NCBI GenBank assembly: GCA_964016885.1
Contig: OZ024747.1
Coordinates: 67,580,001-67,644,000 of the forward strand
Length of the DNA: 64,000 nt
Reading direction: 5' to 3'
Source: Eledone cirrhosa
Taxonomy: Eukaryota
Numbering within the stretch: the first letter of the stretch is position 1; every line of letters begins with the position of its first letter. Both the position numbers and the translations under genes were made by a program. Below are positions 12,639 through 25,253 of this stretch, in pieces. A model generated the notes under the pieces. That model did no database searches, was not told the origin of the DNA, and saw nothing but the letters and a program-made list of their open reading frames with translations.

Positions 12639-12962
12639 AGAGAGAGAGAGATAAGGTAAAATTGGAAATAGCACGGAAAATATATTTTAGGGTCTGATTT
12701 TCTTTTTTTCCCTTTCTTTAATTCGTCAAAGTGATATTATTGAAAAAATGAGGGGGACAATTCTTTTTAAAAAGAGTTTTATAATGTATATAAAATATAT
12801 AAAGTATTACCGGTTTCACTGTATTAGTAAAATTCGTCTTATCAAATGTTGAGTATTACAATTAAAAAGAATTAATAAGAATTAATAAGAATTAAAAACT
12901 AAAAATTAAAGATTTAAAATTAAGTATTGAGGTAAGTACTTTTCATTTTCCTCGTTGAGAAG

Positions 12963-13022
<60 letters not shown>

Positions 13023-13135
13023 TTATTAAAATAACAGATTAAAGTTTAAGCAAAGAATCGCTGCTTTCACCCTTAACGGGATCTTCTGAAAGTAAAAAAA
13101 GTCAATGTGTGAACGCAGATTTATATATGTATATC

Positions 13136-14540
13136 TAGCCCCCTACTATTTATTATTGCCCTTCAGGCTATAACAGTGGAGTTCAAGACCGGCTGCCCAT
13201 GGGAACTCCTATACGCAGATGATCTAACGCTCATAGCTAAATCAATGGCCGAGCTAGAGAAGAAATTCCAAACATGGAAGCATGGCCTAGAATCAAAAGG
13301 CCTTAAAATTAACCTGGCTAAGACTAAAGTTCTAGTTTGTAGGAAAGAAAATAAGGCGCCGGTCCCCTCCGGGAAATGGCCATGCTCAGTGTGTAGGAAA
13401 GGCGTAGGTAGAAACTCCATTTTATGTCCCAAATGCAAAGTATGGGTGCATAAAAGATGTAGTGGGATCACAGGTAAGCTAACTAAGAACATAGATTTTA
13501 CATGTCGCCGGTGCTCTGGTGCAATAAGTAGCAGCAAGTGCCCACTAAATACTAACTCTTTCAATTGCGCAGAGGGTTCTATAGAAATAGTGGACAGCTT
13601 CCGTTACCTGGGTGACAAAATCAGCAGTGGGGGAGGGTGCTCTGAAAGTACAGTAGCTAGAGTCAGAACTGGATGGAAAAAGTTCAGAGAGCTTATACCA
13701 CTATTAGCCGCTAAAGGGTTCTCCCTAAAAATGAAAGGCAGGTTGTATGATACCTGCATACGAACAACAATGTTGCATGGCAGTGAGACCTGGGCATTGT
13801 GTGCAGAGGATATATGCAGACTAGAGAGGAACGAAGCTTGCATGCTCCGCTGGATGTGTAATAGTAATATACGTGAACGGCAAAGCATAAACGAACTAAG
13901 GAAAAAATTAGAAATAAGAGGGATCAGATGTTGTTTACTCAAAAGAAGGCTACGTTGGTATGGTCACGTGATACGCATGAAAGACGACAGCTGTATAACA
14001 AAGTGCAGGGCAATAAAGATAGATGGTAGCCACGGAGTAGGCAGACCCAGGAAAACCTGGGACGAGCTGATAAATTCTGACCTCACACACTTACACCTCT
14101 CCAAGACAATGTCACTGGACCGAGACCTTTGGCGGTACTCAGTAACAGAGAAGACCCGCCTTACCTAAATACAAAGTAAAACCTACTAATCAGTAGGCAT
14201 CTCTAACAAAATACACCCCCGTCCCACCCCATCCACACCGCCCCCTTCAATGCAAAGTTATGTTGGTGCCACAACATCCAGGCCGAAACAAACGAGATCG
14301 TGTAGGTGTCACGACAAAAAACACACAGTCCACGCTGTAATGTGGCCGTGTAGGCAACACGGTAAAAACCTACCAGCCCCACACTGTAAATGTGGTTGGT
14401 GTTAGGAAGGGCATCCAGCTGTAGAAAACACGCCAGACAGTCCTATGCGAGCAAGACAACCACTCTTGCCTCAAGTGGGAAAACCCCCGTCCAAACCCAT
14501 GCAAGCGTGGAACAGGGACGTTAAACGATGATGATGATGA
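13136..14540 (+). mobile_element. RTE family 1, 5'-truncated
   Basis: ORF 13176-14168 (LLYADD, PHD-like finger, C-terminus), 3' UTR and (GAT)n tail. Confidence 0.95.
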
Positions 14541-14763
14541 ATAGAAAAAAAAACAAGGAAGTTTCGTTTACATATGAAAAATATGTATTGTGTATCGACC
14601 TGTTATGCATGTTTCACAGAGGATTGGCTCAAGGTATCCCATAGGAGTTATGGACCCGACTCCAGTATCAATCTGCTCATCAAACTGACAAACACGGGTA
14701 ACAGGTCGATACCCAATCAATATTTTTCATATGTAAACAAAACTTCCTCGTTTTTTTTCTATT
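14540..14763. repeat. Foldback inverted repeat (~70-bp arms)
   Basis: AATAGAAAAAAAAACAAGGAAGTTTCGTTTACATATGAAAAATAT..TATCGACCTGTTA mirrors TAACAGGTCGATA..ATATTTTTCATATGTAAACAAAACTTCCTCGTTTTTTTTCTATT. Confidence 0.85.
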
Positions 14764-14925
14764 ATATACACTCTGCCTGAATATAGAGTGCTTGATTTGG
14801 TACCAGTAATTCACTGTACTACCCACACTATATATATATCCATATGTAATTGACAGCTGAGAGAAAGGAGTACTCAATACAGAAGTAGAGTTCAACATTA
14901 ATTTATATTAAGGCTAAAAAGTGAG

Positions 14926-14975
14926 TCTTGTTACTCTGGAGTTTCGCCTGTTTGTCACAGGGCCATCAGACAAGA
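14926..14975 (-). ncRNA. Minimal type I hammerhead ribozyme-like motif (A9G variant), Penelope-like context
   Basis: The minus strand reads TCTTGT-CTGATGG-C-CCTGT-GACAA-ACAGG-C-GAAA-CTCCAGAG-TA/ACAAGA: 6-bp stem I, 5-bp stem II, short pseudo-palindromic stem III and a GUA cleavage triplet. Confidence 0.65.
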
Positions 14976-15642
14976 ACTAATGTTTCAATGGTAGACAGAG
15001 TATAAATAAAGAAGACTTGGGGTGGGAGAAGAAGGATTTAATTGGGAAGGAGTAAAAATGATAGCATACGCCACTACTTGGAGGAAACAATACAGTTGAT
15101 ATCTGCTGAAATTATTGAGAACTTCAGTTGCTTGAAGATGATATATATTAAAGGCATGTATGAAATCATACTGCCAATATATATATAAGTATATCTCGGC
15201 AACAGGTATTGGTGAAAGATGTAAACTTTAGTGAGAAAAACAGCTATACCAATGTATTTCAATGAAAAATTGTCCTGTGTGTTATTTGTTCTGTCAATCT
15301 TGTCTGGCTTGACTGGAAACCTCTAACAATCGACTGTAGTGTTCATAAAATACATGATATAATAGAAAAAATATTTAGAGATATATCTGTCATTTTCAGG
15401 AATACACATGCACACACAAACACATACATATATATCTATGTGTGTGTGTAAGAATGAGTGTGTGTTCACCAACACATATAAGTACACACGCACATTTATA
15501 CACTCACACAAGCACACACACACACACCCACATATATATATATATATATAGTAATAATAATAAATTTGAAGACTAAAATCCAAAGAGGGCTCGATAAGGA
15601 TAAATATATATCAAATATATAAGAACCCTAGAGCAAATATTT

Positions 15643-15781
15643 ATTAAAATAACAGATTAAAGTTTAAGCAAAGAATCGGTGCTTTCACCCTTAACGGGAT
15701 CTTCTGAAACTAACAAAGACTTTGTTAGTTTAAGGGTGAAAGCAGCGATTCTTTGCTTAGACTTTAATCTGTTATTTTAAT
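15643..15781. repeat. Foldback of a short dispersed repeat (single arms at about 13025-13090 and 50437-50505)
   Basis: ATTAAAATAACAGATTAAAGTTTAAGCAAAGAATCGGTGCTTTCACCCTTAA ... TTAAGGGTGAAAGCAGCGATTCTTTGCTTAGACTTTAATCTGTTATTTTAAT. Confidence 0.85.
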
Positions 15782-15791
15782 TTAAAAAAAA

Positions 15792-15829
<38 letters not shown>

Positions 15830-15834
<5 letters not shown>

Positions 15835-16168
15835 AATGACGATGCATGGACGAGTTCAGAGAGGAATTGTGTATAAGAGGGTTAAGCTGTAGTGTGCAGG
15901 AGGGAAGACTATGTTGGTATGGCCATGTGATGCGCATGGATGATGACAGCTGGGTGAAGAAGTGCCAAGAAATCCCAGTGGAAGGAAGTCACAGTAGAGA
16001 AGACCATGGAAAACATGGGTGGAGGTGGTGAGAGGTGACTTCAGATCGCTGAAGCTCATGGAGGAGATGATGAAAGACTGTGATAAATGGAGAGATGCTA
16101 TGCTGAAGAGGACCTGTTCCACGCTTGCAAGCAGGGAGAGGCAGACGTAATATGATGATGATGATGAT
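15830..16168 (+). mobile_element. Older RTE-related 3' fragment
   Basis: Translates to [21 protein letters not shown] and ends GCTTGCAAGCAGGG..(GAT)n. Confidence 0.8.
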
Positions 16169-16619
16169 TATATATATAATACTTGATGTGTTGAGAGAGA
16201 GAATGAAAAAATGGGCTGAAGGAGGAGTATTGTGTATATAGTAATAAAGAAAACAGCATGTAAAGTGTGAGAGAGACAGAAAGAAAAATTAATGCTATAG
16301 TGGCATTTACGCATAAACACATGCATACAAATGTATGTATACACAAACACTCATTCACCCAAGTAGTTGTTGTCTGCTGAGTATTTGTACAAAGTTTATA
16401 TTTACTTTTTATACTTCCTTCATTCTTTATAATATAGTTATATGAAAATATATATTCCTTTTTTTCAATTTCGTTACTGTCCTTTTTCTTAAATTGTTGC
16501 TTTAATACTATATTCCTAATTCTTGAGTCTGAGCAATATTTAGAATCGTTTTAGCAGGCACAGTGAATTCAATTATTTACTTTTGTTTACAATATAGAAT
16601 GATTGGTAGATAGATATAT

Positions 16620-16830
16620 TTCTTTATTAGCCACAAGGGCACACAAGAAAAGGGGACAATACAAAGACATGCCGGGGATTTTACATACAGTCGTGTAAAA
16701 AAATATAAAAACAAACAATTACAACAATCGAAATCCCCAATAGGGGGGGAGGCGCCACAAATGGGTTGTTTAATACCCCATAGATAGAATAACCCTCAAC
16801 TTCAGGAGCGTGTTGTGCAAGTGCTCCTTT
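16620..16830 (-). mobile_element. 3' end of an L1/Tx1-like element (similar to about 62885-63150)
   Basis: Shares TCTTTATT.GCCA.AAGG..GGACAA..GGGATTT/GGGGTTT with the tail of the 62885-64000 element. Confidence 0.4.
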
Positions 16831-17050
16831 CTTCCTTTTGCTCTCTTCTTCAACCTACAGGCTTATAAACAGGGAAGGCCCAATCACTCGGGCCATTTTT
16901 GCTTCATTCACCCACCTTTCAGTAAATTTACTGGGGTGCAGTGCCTCTCTCTCCACCCTGATTCTCCTTCTAAAGTGATACTTAAAGAAGGGAATCAATT
17001 GTTGTCTGGAGAGAAAGGCATCTGTCCTCAGTCCTCTCAACCTAAATAAC

Positions 17051-17197
17051 TATCGTATTTCCCAGCATCGAAGACGCTACTCTTTTCCTAAAATAACTCT
17101 CAAAAATCTACCCTGTGTCCTGGAGGCCGAAGGTTGTTTATTATTTTTATTTTTTATTTTTGGTTGTCAAAATTAGGGTGTGCCAGGAAATACAGTA
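17051..17197. mobile_element. Degenerate Tc1/mariner (pogo-type) MITE
   Basis: TIR-like TATCGTATTTCCC ... GGAAATACAGTA with TA ends. Confidence 0.5.
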
Positions 17198-18359
17198 AAT
17201 AGATAGGTAGATAGATGTCAATAAATATTAGGGACATTTTTAATAAGGTTTATACAATTGTTTCTAATGCTCATATTTTCATTCATACTGATATAGGACA
17301 TAACTAAAAGACTTAATGAATATGAATGTACTAAATGACCTACAGTAATGGTGCTACCATTATTGAAGTTAGAGGAAACCAGGTGGGAAGGAAGTTAACC
17401 AAATTTCATTTACAAATTACTCACAGAATGTTTTAATTATATTAATATGTTCTACTTAATTAATAATAACAAATCTTCAAATTCTAACCATTTCCCATCA
17501 TAATAGTTGTCAGAAATTTTTTTAGATATATTTATTCTTTTACTCTTCCATTTTTTATTATTTTATGTTTTTACTGGTTTGAAGGGGATTAAGATAATCT
17601 ATCAACCCAAGTAGTTTCAAATCTGGTACATATTTTTGGTATATATTTTGCCAAATTACTGATTATTTTCAAAATTATTTGAAATTTATAGGCAGTGTCT
17701 TTTGTTGCAAAATTGGTTGCAAAATATGGTTGCAAAATGGTTAAGATATTAACACTTTTGTTACCTAACTACCTTAAACCAAGCCCTAATGCTATAAAAC
17801 TTTATTTCAAAAACCTTCCATCATAATTTTATTTAAGAACCTATGTTAAGTTTTGTTCTAAGTATCAGGTTAATAATGGAAAAGTTATTTTACTAAATAC
17901 CTCTGAATTCTTGGATATTTTCAAAATTATTTGAAAAACATTGGTAGTATCTTTCATTAGAAATATGACAAGAAAGGTGTTAAGCTATTAAGGTGTAGTT
18001 TAAAGGAATTTGGCTACAATTTTTAGCAGGTTGTGCGACCATGTAGAAGCTCTCTAATTCTCTGGTTTATGTAAGTTGTAAAATATGGTGTCAGGAATGG
18101 CAGTCTTTTCTTGTTCTAAGTGAAAGTTCCACTAAATGAACCATATCACTTTCTCTCTGTCTGAATGTAAATTATCCTTTCTACCAACATTACAATTATA
18201 TCTCCCACCACCACATATGCTGCCACTATCATTATCCCTAGGATTACTGCTACCTCTACCAATATATCTACCACCACATAGTTTTTACATTTATCTAAAA
18301 ATCTTCCATCATAATTTTATGTAAGAATATTTGTTAAATTATGTTCCAAAAAACCAGCT

Positions 18360-18680
18360 TAATAATGGCTTTTTATTAAGGCACAAGGCCAGCAAATAAC
18401 CAGTGTATTACTGGTACTTTATTTTATCGACCCCGTAAGGATGAAAGGCAAAGTTAACCTCGGCGGGATTTGAACTCAGAATGGCAAGGGCCGTAACTCT
18501 ACGCGTCAAAGCATGGCGTTCGACCCTCTACTGATACTGCCAATCCATCGTCCTTTAATAATGGTTTCTTATTAAGGCACAATGCCAACAATTTTGGGGG
18601 AGGGGAAAGATGATTAAATTGATCCCAGTGTGTTACTGGTACTTTATTGTATTGACTCAGTAAGGATGAAAGGCAAATTC
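18360..18680 (-). mobile_element. SINE family A, one full and one partial copy
   Basis: Reverse complement of the family-A consensus (GATTTGAACTCAG, TACTGCCAATCC). Confidence 0.85.
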
Positions 18681-18905
18681 TTGATTATCAAAAAAAATAT
18701 ATTTGAAAATGACAGACTGCTATTGGCACCATGTAACACAGTACAAACTGCTTCATGGTTGAGTTGTCAGTGACTAAACTGGCTCCCCCACCAAACCATG
18801 GTCTGGTGAGGAGGATAAGTGGAATCCTAGCAGCACATAAAACAAGAGCTGTTAATAGGGTGAATGAACTCTTTAGAGTCAATGGCCATTCACCTCAACT
18901 ATGGG

Positions 18906-19134
18906 TTAACCCTTTAGCATTTACATTACTCTATATATACTATTGTATTTTTGTGGTAAAGGCTTTATCTGACATAATTATCTGATATAATATCGAATTT
19001 ATGAGACTTTGATGTTATTTATATTGAGAACAATACTTTAACATCAGTATGGGTGACCAGTTACAGCCAGTTAGAACAGAAAGAGGTGAGAGAATTCTGG
19101 CTGGATAAAGATGGTTTAAATACTAAAGGGTTAA
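18906..19134. mobile_element. piggyBac-type MITE, family 1
   Basis: TTAA-CCCTTTAGCATTTA ... TAAATACTAAAGGG-TTAA. Other copies at 27390-27603, 37626-37854, 48641-48867 and 56431-56650. Confidence 0.85.
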
Positions 19135-19434
19135 ATAGCCTCACCAACTCACAATTGGCCAAGTGACATGACCAAAACCAAACAGAAAGCAGTGGAGATC
19201 AACTAGAGAGGGGGGGGGGGTCCTCCAACAGGAGTGAGAAGGCTCTGGAAGTTGATTTTGGCATGATTTGAACTCAGATGTATTGTATGATTGTATTGGT
19301 GTGTTGCATGAAAGTTGTTGGAGTGTTTTATGACAATGTTGCTGTGTTTCATAATAATATTAGTGTGTTGTATGACAGTATAGGTTGATTGTTTGATAAA
19401 ACTGATGTGTTGTATGAAAATATTTGTTTATACA

Positions 19435-19991
19435 ATAATTGTTTCTACTTTTGGCACAAGGCCAGCAATTACCCAGTACATTACTGGTACTTTATTTTAT
19501 CGATCCCGTAAGGATGAAAGGCAAAGTCAACCTCGGCGGGATTTGAACTCAGATCGTAAAGGGACGTAACTATGCTGGAAAGCATGGCATCCGACCCACT
19601 ACATGATGGTGTATTATATGATAATTGTTTCTACTTTTGGCACAAGGCCAGCAATTACCCAGTGCATTACTGGTACTTTATTTTATCGACCCCATAAGGA
19701 TGAAAAGCAAAGTCAACCTCGGCGGGATTTGAACTCAGATCGTAAAGGGACGTAACTATGCTGGAAAGCATGGCGTCCGACCCACTACATGATGGTGTAT
19801 TATATGATAATTGTTTCTACTTTTGGCACAAGGCCAGCAATTACCCAGTGCATTACTGGTACTTTATTTTATCGACCCCGTAAGGATGAAAAGCAAAGTT
19901 AACCTCGGCGGGATTTGAACTCAGATCGTAAAGGGACGTAACTATGCTGGAAAGCATGTCCGACCCTCTACCGATACTGCCAATTCACCGC
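19435..19991 (-). mobile_element. Three head-to-tail SINE family A copies (186-bp period)
   Basis: Units start at 19435, 19621 and 19807. Only the rightmost has the complete tRNA-like 5' head. Confidence 0.9.
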
Positions 19992-20269
19992 AATATTATA
20001 ATGTTTGTGTGTTTCTATGATAATATTCATCATCAGAAGAGAAGACAGTGTTGTAGTAGTAAAACTTGAAGAAACAGAAAGCGAACAAGGCTCAGTGACA
20101 AGTTAGAGATTCTAAAATCTCAGAGGATTGCCTCCAAATGAAATTGTTCTTAGACACCATCTAAAAATGTACATATATATTATGGTTGCATTGATTCCTC
20201 TTTAACGTGGCTTGTATTTGTGTATTCTGGGTGCCCTGTTCCAATCATAATAGCAATACTGTAGTGTGG

Positions 20270-20612
20270 GAAGATGCATGGCTTAGTGGTTAGAACATCG
20301 GGCTTACACTCGCAAGGTTGTGAATTCGATCCTCGGACTGGGTTTTGTGTTGTGTTCTTGAGTAAGATGCTTTATTTCGCATTGCTTCAGTTGACTCAGC
20401 TGTAGAAATGAGTTGTGATGTCACAGGTGCCAAGCTGTATTGGCTATTGCTTTTCTCTTTGACAACATCGGTGGCGTGGAGAGGGGAGACTGGTATGCAT
20501 GGGCGACTGCTGGTCTTCCACAAACAACCTTGCCCGGACTTGTGCCTTGCAGGGGAACCTTCTAGGTGTCAACCTCATGGTCATTTGTGACCGAAGAGGG
20601 TGTTTACCCTTA
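20270..20612 (+). mobile_element. tRNA-derived CORE-like SINE with a different 3' tail
   Basis: TGGCTTAGTGG A box, GAATTCGATCC B box and CORE-like middle. Degenerate relatives at about 35872-36170, 38385-38680 and 48900-49110. Confidence 0.8.
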
Positions 20613-21472
20613 TCCTAGTGTGGGATGTATCTGTGCATCATGAGTGCATGGTTTTATATAGTGGAGGAGTAATCTAGTGTGTTGATTATTGAACCGACAA
20701 ATTTGATGTTATCGGTTATTTAATTTATTACAACATAGGGTCCCCTACATCAGTAATTAGGACTGGATATAACCCAAACCTTAAGTGAAATCCAATGGGA
20801 TCAACATAGACACTATTGAAACATCCCACTAAGAAAGGAATACAACTGTAAAAATCATACCCAAACTGGAACATATATAAAATCTCACCCACAGGTCATC
20901 TAGTAGGATAGTAATGACTTGGTCTGTAATGGCACATGCATGCCATGTCAGCATTGTAAAATGGACATAAAAGGATGAAGATGATTATGTATATACAAAA
21001 GGGTTGTGAGGACCCTCAGTTGTGTCAAAGACATGTCAACCTCTCCTGTACACTTAGAGTTATGGGTTCATACAAATATATCTGATATGTGGGGTGGTGG
21101 ACAGAAAGATGTGCTTGAAAAAAATCCAGGGTGGCATGAATGCATATCAAGGACAGATCAGTTACAAAGAAGGAAAGGGAGAGAGAGAGAGAGAGGGAGA
21201 GATAGAGAGAGAGAGGGAGAGAGAAGGAGAGAGAGAGTGAGAGAGAGAGAGAGGCTTATAGGACTGCACACTGACCAGAGGACACAATGTGCAGAGCACA
21301 CACAAATGGTATAGTAAACATACACAGACATGTATATATAAGAGTTTGGACAATAAGAGCATTTATCTACTTATCTATCAATATGTTTACTAGCCTATCA
21401 ATATATATATATATATGCCTATTTCTCTCTCTCTATCAATATATATATATATATGCCTATTTCTCTCTATAA

Positions 21473-22050
21473 TATAGTTCTGGTATGTCAAATTAATACC
21501 ATAGAACAATCTTAAATCATAGACAACCTATATATTTCTAGGGGTACTTAGTACCCATGGGCATATTAACTTCTATTATTATTCTCCGTTATGTTGAGAA
21601 CAAATCTGTTGTTTCTATTTAGCTGCTATTTTTAGTAACGAGATAGACAACATGTCTATGTTTTTCCCACTTTCACCTCGGGCAGTTCACGTACGGGTCA
21701 TTTTTCGGCCTTTTGGATCTGTGCTAGCTGGCAGATAACAATATATTTTATCGTTCCTGGGTCTTTAGCCCTAGGAAAGGAAAATGCTTCTCTGATGAAC
21801 TTTGATTTTTCATTGGAAATCCACTGGATTTCTGGTGTTTTACAAAGCGAAACCGATCGGTAAGGGCCAAAAGAATAGGTAAATATTTAAATTATATTTT
21901 TTAATTTATTTTAAAAAATTGGTTGAATCGTTCTGCTTATCTTAATATTATAGTTCTGGTATGTCAAATTAATACCATAGAACAACCTTAAATCATAGAC
22001 AACCTATATATTTCTAGGGGTACTTAGTACCCATGGGCATATTAACTTCT
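21473..22050 (+). mobile_element. Partial tandem (about 1.2 x 476 bp) hammerhead-bearing repeat; Penelope pLTR-like or retrozyme-like
   Basis: A 102-bp near-identical direct repeat at 21473-21574 and 21949-22050 encloses a hammerhead motif. Flanked by TA-rich tracts. Confidence 0.7.
21786..21867 (+). ncRNA. Type I hammerhead ribozyme with complete core
   Basis: GCTTCT-CTGATGA(21792-98)-A-CTTTG..CATTGGAAATCC-ACT-GGATTTCTGGTG..CAAAG-C-GAAA(21849-52)-CCGATCGG-TA/AGGGC. All core nucleotides are present, stem II is long and G-U-rich, stem III is palindromic, and predicted cleavage is after 21862. Confidence 0.75.
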
Positions 22051-22080
22051 TCTATTATATATATATACATATATACATGC

Positions 22081-22159
<79 letters not shown>

Positions 22160-22166
22160 CATTATA

Positions 22167-22651
22167 TTTTGAGCTGACTTTTGGGATGCTCCCATACAGC
22201 TCTGCGTTTTTCATCCTCAGTGTATACTGATTAATGTTCAGAGCCATCCTCAGCATTCTCGTGTAGCACCCATCCACCATCTGAGTGAGTTTCTTGGTCA
22301 GTGTTCAAGTCTCAGACCCATACAGCAGCACACATTGCACTACAGCAATGAAGAGGTGGATTTTCAGGTCTCTACGAAGGTTCGACTTCCACACCGATCT
22401 CAAGGAGACTGAGGTTAGCTGGACATGCTCACCGACATCCAGAGTTGACATTGCACTCAGTGCTCCTTTGGGAGCCCCTACATGGACACACTAGAAGAGG
22501 AAGACCAAGGTTAATGTATGTTGATGCCCTAAGGACAGACACTGGTCTGTTGGAGACGCAGGACATGGCAGCGATAATGAGGGACAGAGACCGCTGGAGA
22601 GAACTCGTCCATGGATCTCGGGAATTTTACCGCCTTAGATAGATAGATAGA
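22167..22651 (+). mobile_element. RTE-type LINE, family 3, 3' fragment with 5' inversion and (TAGA)n tail
   Basis: Plus-strand 22403-22642 encodes RLAGHAHRHPE..GRPR..DRDRW. Minus-strand 22402-22167 encodes the immediately upstream LLYGSET..YTRMLR..PKVSSK. Confidence 0.85.
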
Positions 22652-23039
22652 CAAATATCATTATATGATATATGTTTCTTTTTTTTCTCTTTAAGTTGTG
22701 CCTGGAAGCTTTGAGAGAAATACACATAGATATATTCTATATTTGATAACAACTGCAACAACAACAACAACAGTAGTGACAGTACCATCCTATTAATGTA
22801 TGACTATTCAAGACTTATAATTCTTCTCAAACATATACATACATTCAGATATATGCATACATATATGCATACATCATACATACATACACGCAAACATGTC
22901 TACATACACATACATACATGCATATGTATGTATATACATAGTACATACAGACAGATCTACTGAAATACTTATAAATATACCCTTATGCATTGAAATATGT
23001 ATCCCAGTATACATACATGCATATCATGGACATACACAT

Positions 23040-23040
<1 letters not shown>

Positions 23041-23070
<30 letters not shown>

Positions 23071-25253
23071 GTTTAACGTCCATATTCCACGCTTGCATGG
23101 GTTTGGACAGGAGTTTTCCCACTTGAGGCAAGAGTGGTTGTCTTGCTCGCATAGGACTGTCTGGTGGGTTTTCTACGGCTGGATGCCCTTCCTAACACCA
23201 ACCACATTTACAGTGTGGAACTGAGAGGTTTTTACCATGTTACCTACATGGCCACATTACAGTGTGGACTGTGTGTTTTTTTTGTCGTGACACCTACACG
23301 ACCTCATTTGTTTCAGGCTGGATGTTGTGGTACCAACATAACTTTACATTGAAAGGGGTGGTGTGGATGGGGTGGGGGTAGTGGGACGGGGGTGTATTTT
23401 GTTAGAGGTGCCTACTGACTGTAGTAGGTTTTATTTTGTATTTAGGTAAGGCGGGTCTTCTCTATTACTGAGTACCTCCAAAGATCTCGGTCCAGTGACA
23501 TTGTCTTGGAGAAGTGTAAGTGTGTGAGGTCGGAATTTATCAAGTTGTCCCAGGTTTTTCTGGGTCTGCCTACTCCGTGGCTACCATCTATCTTTATTGC
23601 CCTGCACTTTGTTATACAGCTGTCGTCTTTCATGCGCATCACGTGACCATACCAACGTAGCCTTCTCTCGAGTAAACAAAATCTGATCCCTCTTATTTTA
23701 AATTTTTCCCTTAGTTCATTAATGCTTTGCCGTTCACGTATATTACTATTACACATCCAGCGGAGCATGCAAGCTTCGTTCCTCTCTAGTCTGCATATAT
23801 CCTCTGCACACAATGCCCAGGTTTCACTGCCATGCAACATTGCTGTTCGTATGCAGGCATCATACAGCCTGCCTTTCATTTTTAGGGAGAACCCTTTAGC
23901 GGCTAATAGTGGTATAAGCTCTCTGAACTTTTTCCATCCAGTTCTGACTCTAGCTACTGTACTTTCAGAGCACCCTCCCCCACTGCTGATTTTGTCACCC
24001 AGGTAACGGAAGCTGTCCACTATTTCTATAGAACCATCTGTGCAATGGAATGAGCTAGTATTCTGTGGGCACTTGCTGCTACTTATTGCACCAGAGCACC
24101 GGCCACATATAAAATCTATGTTCTTAGTTAGCTTACTTGTGATCCCTCTACATCTTTTATGCACCCATACTTTGCATTTGGGACATAAAATGGAGTTTCT
24201 ACCTACTCCTTTCCTACACACTGAGCATGGCCATTTCGCGATGGGACTGGCGCCCTATTTTCCTTCCTACAAACTAGAACTTTAGTCTTAGCCAGGTTAA
24301 TTTTAAGGCCTTTTGATTCTAGGTCGTGCTTCCATGTTTGGAATTTCTTCTCTAGTTCGGCCATTGATTCAGCTATGAGCGTTAGATCATCTGCGTATAG
24401 GAGTTCCCATGGGCAGCCGGTCTTGAACTCCACTGTTATAGCCTGAAGGGCAATAATAAATAGTAGGGGGCTAAGAACGGAGCCCTGACGAACACCAACT
24501 TTTACACTAAACTCTTCACTATATTCGTTGTTAATTCTAACCTTGCTGACTGTTTCTTTATACATGGCTTGTATAGCTCTCACAAGCCATTCGTCAACAC
24601 CTAGTTTTCTAAGAGCCCACCAGATAATGGAACGGGGGACTCTGTCGAAGGCTTTCTCCAAGTCGACAAAAGCTAAGTATAGGGGTTTACTTTTAGCTAG
24701 GTACTTCTCCTGTAGTTGTCGTACAAGGAAAAGAGCGTCTGTGGTACTTTTTCCTGACACAAACCCGAACTGCATTTCATCTAGGTCAATTCTCTCTCTG
24801 ATTAGTTGCGCTATTACTTTTTCCGTGACCTTCATGACCTGGTCGATTAATTTAATGCCTCTATAGTTACTCCTATCTAGGGCATCTCCTTTACCCTTGT
24901 AGCAGTTAATGATGATGCTGCTATGCTAGTCCTTCGGAACAACCCCATTCTGTATGACTTGGTTTAATATCCGGGTGACCATGGTGTGTCCCAGCATTTC
25001 AGCAACTATTTCCGAAGGCCCAGCCGCCTTACCCGTCTTCATATCTTTGATTGCCTTACTTATTATACAACCTTCGACTGACACTGCTGGTCCCTCTATT
25101 GGGTCGATGTGGGGGGAGACTGTCTTTCTCCCATTTATTCTCCTCATTTAGTAGCCTTTCGTAGTGACACTTCCAAGCTATCTTATCAGCGTCAGTGATG
25201 GCAAGTACCCCATCATCATTAAGGACACACTTCTCCCCGACAATATCATGGTT
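23041..25253 (-). mobile_element. RTE family 1, 5'-truncated and frameshifted
   Basis: ORFs 24926-25147, 24203-24835 and 23442-24221, plus 3' UTR and (ATC)n. Confidence 0.95.

Noticed and set aside
13025-13090. CAGAAGA-TCCC..GGGT-GAAA hammerhead-like motif on the minus strand (also at 15.7 and 50.5 kb)
   Set aside because: U4 is altered and there is no stem I pairing. It was kept only as a repeat.
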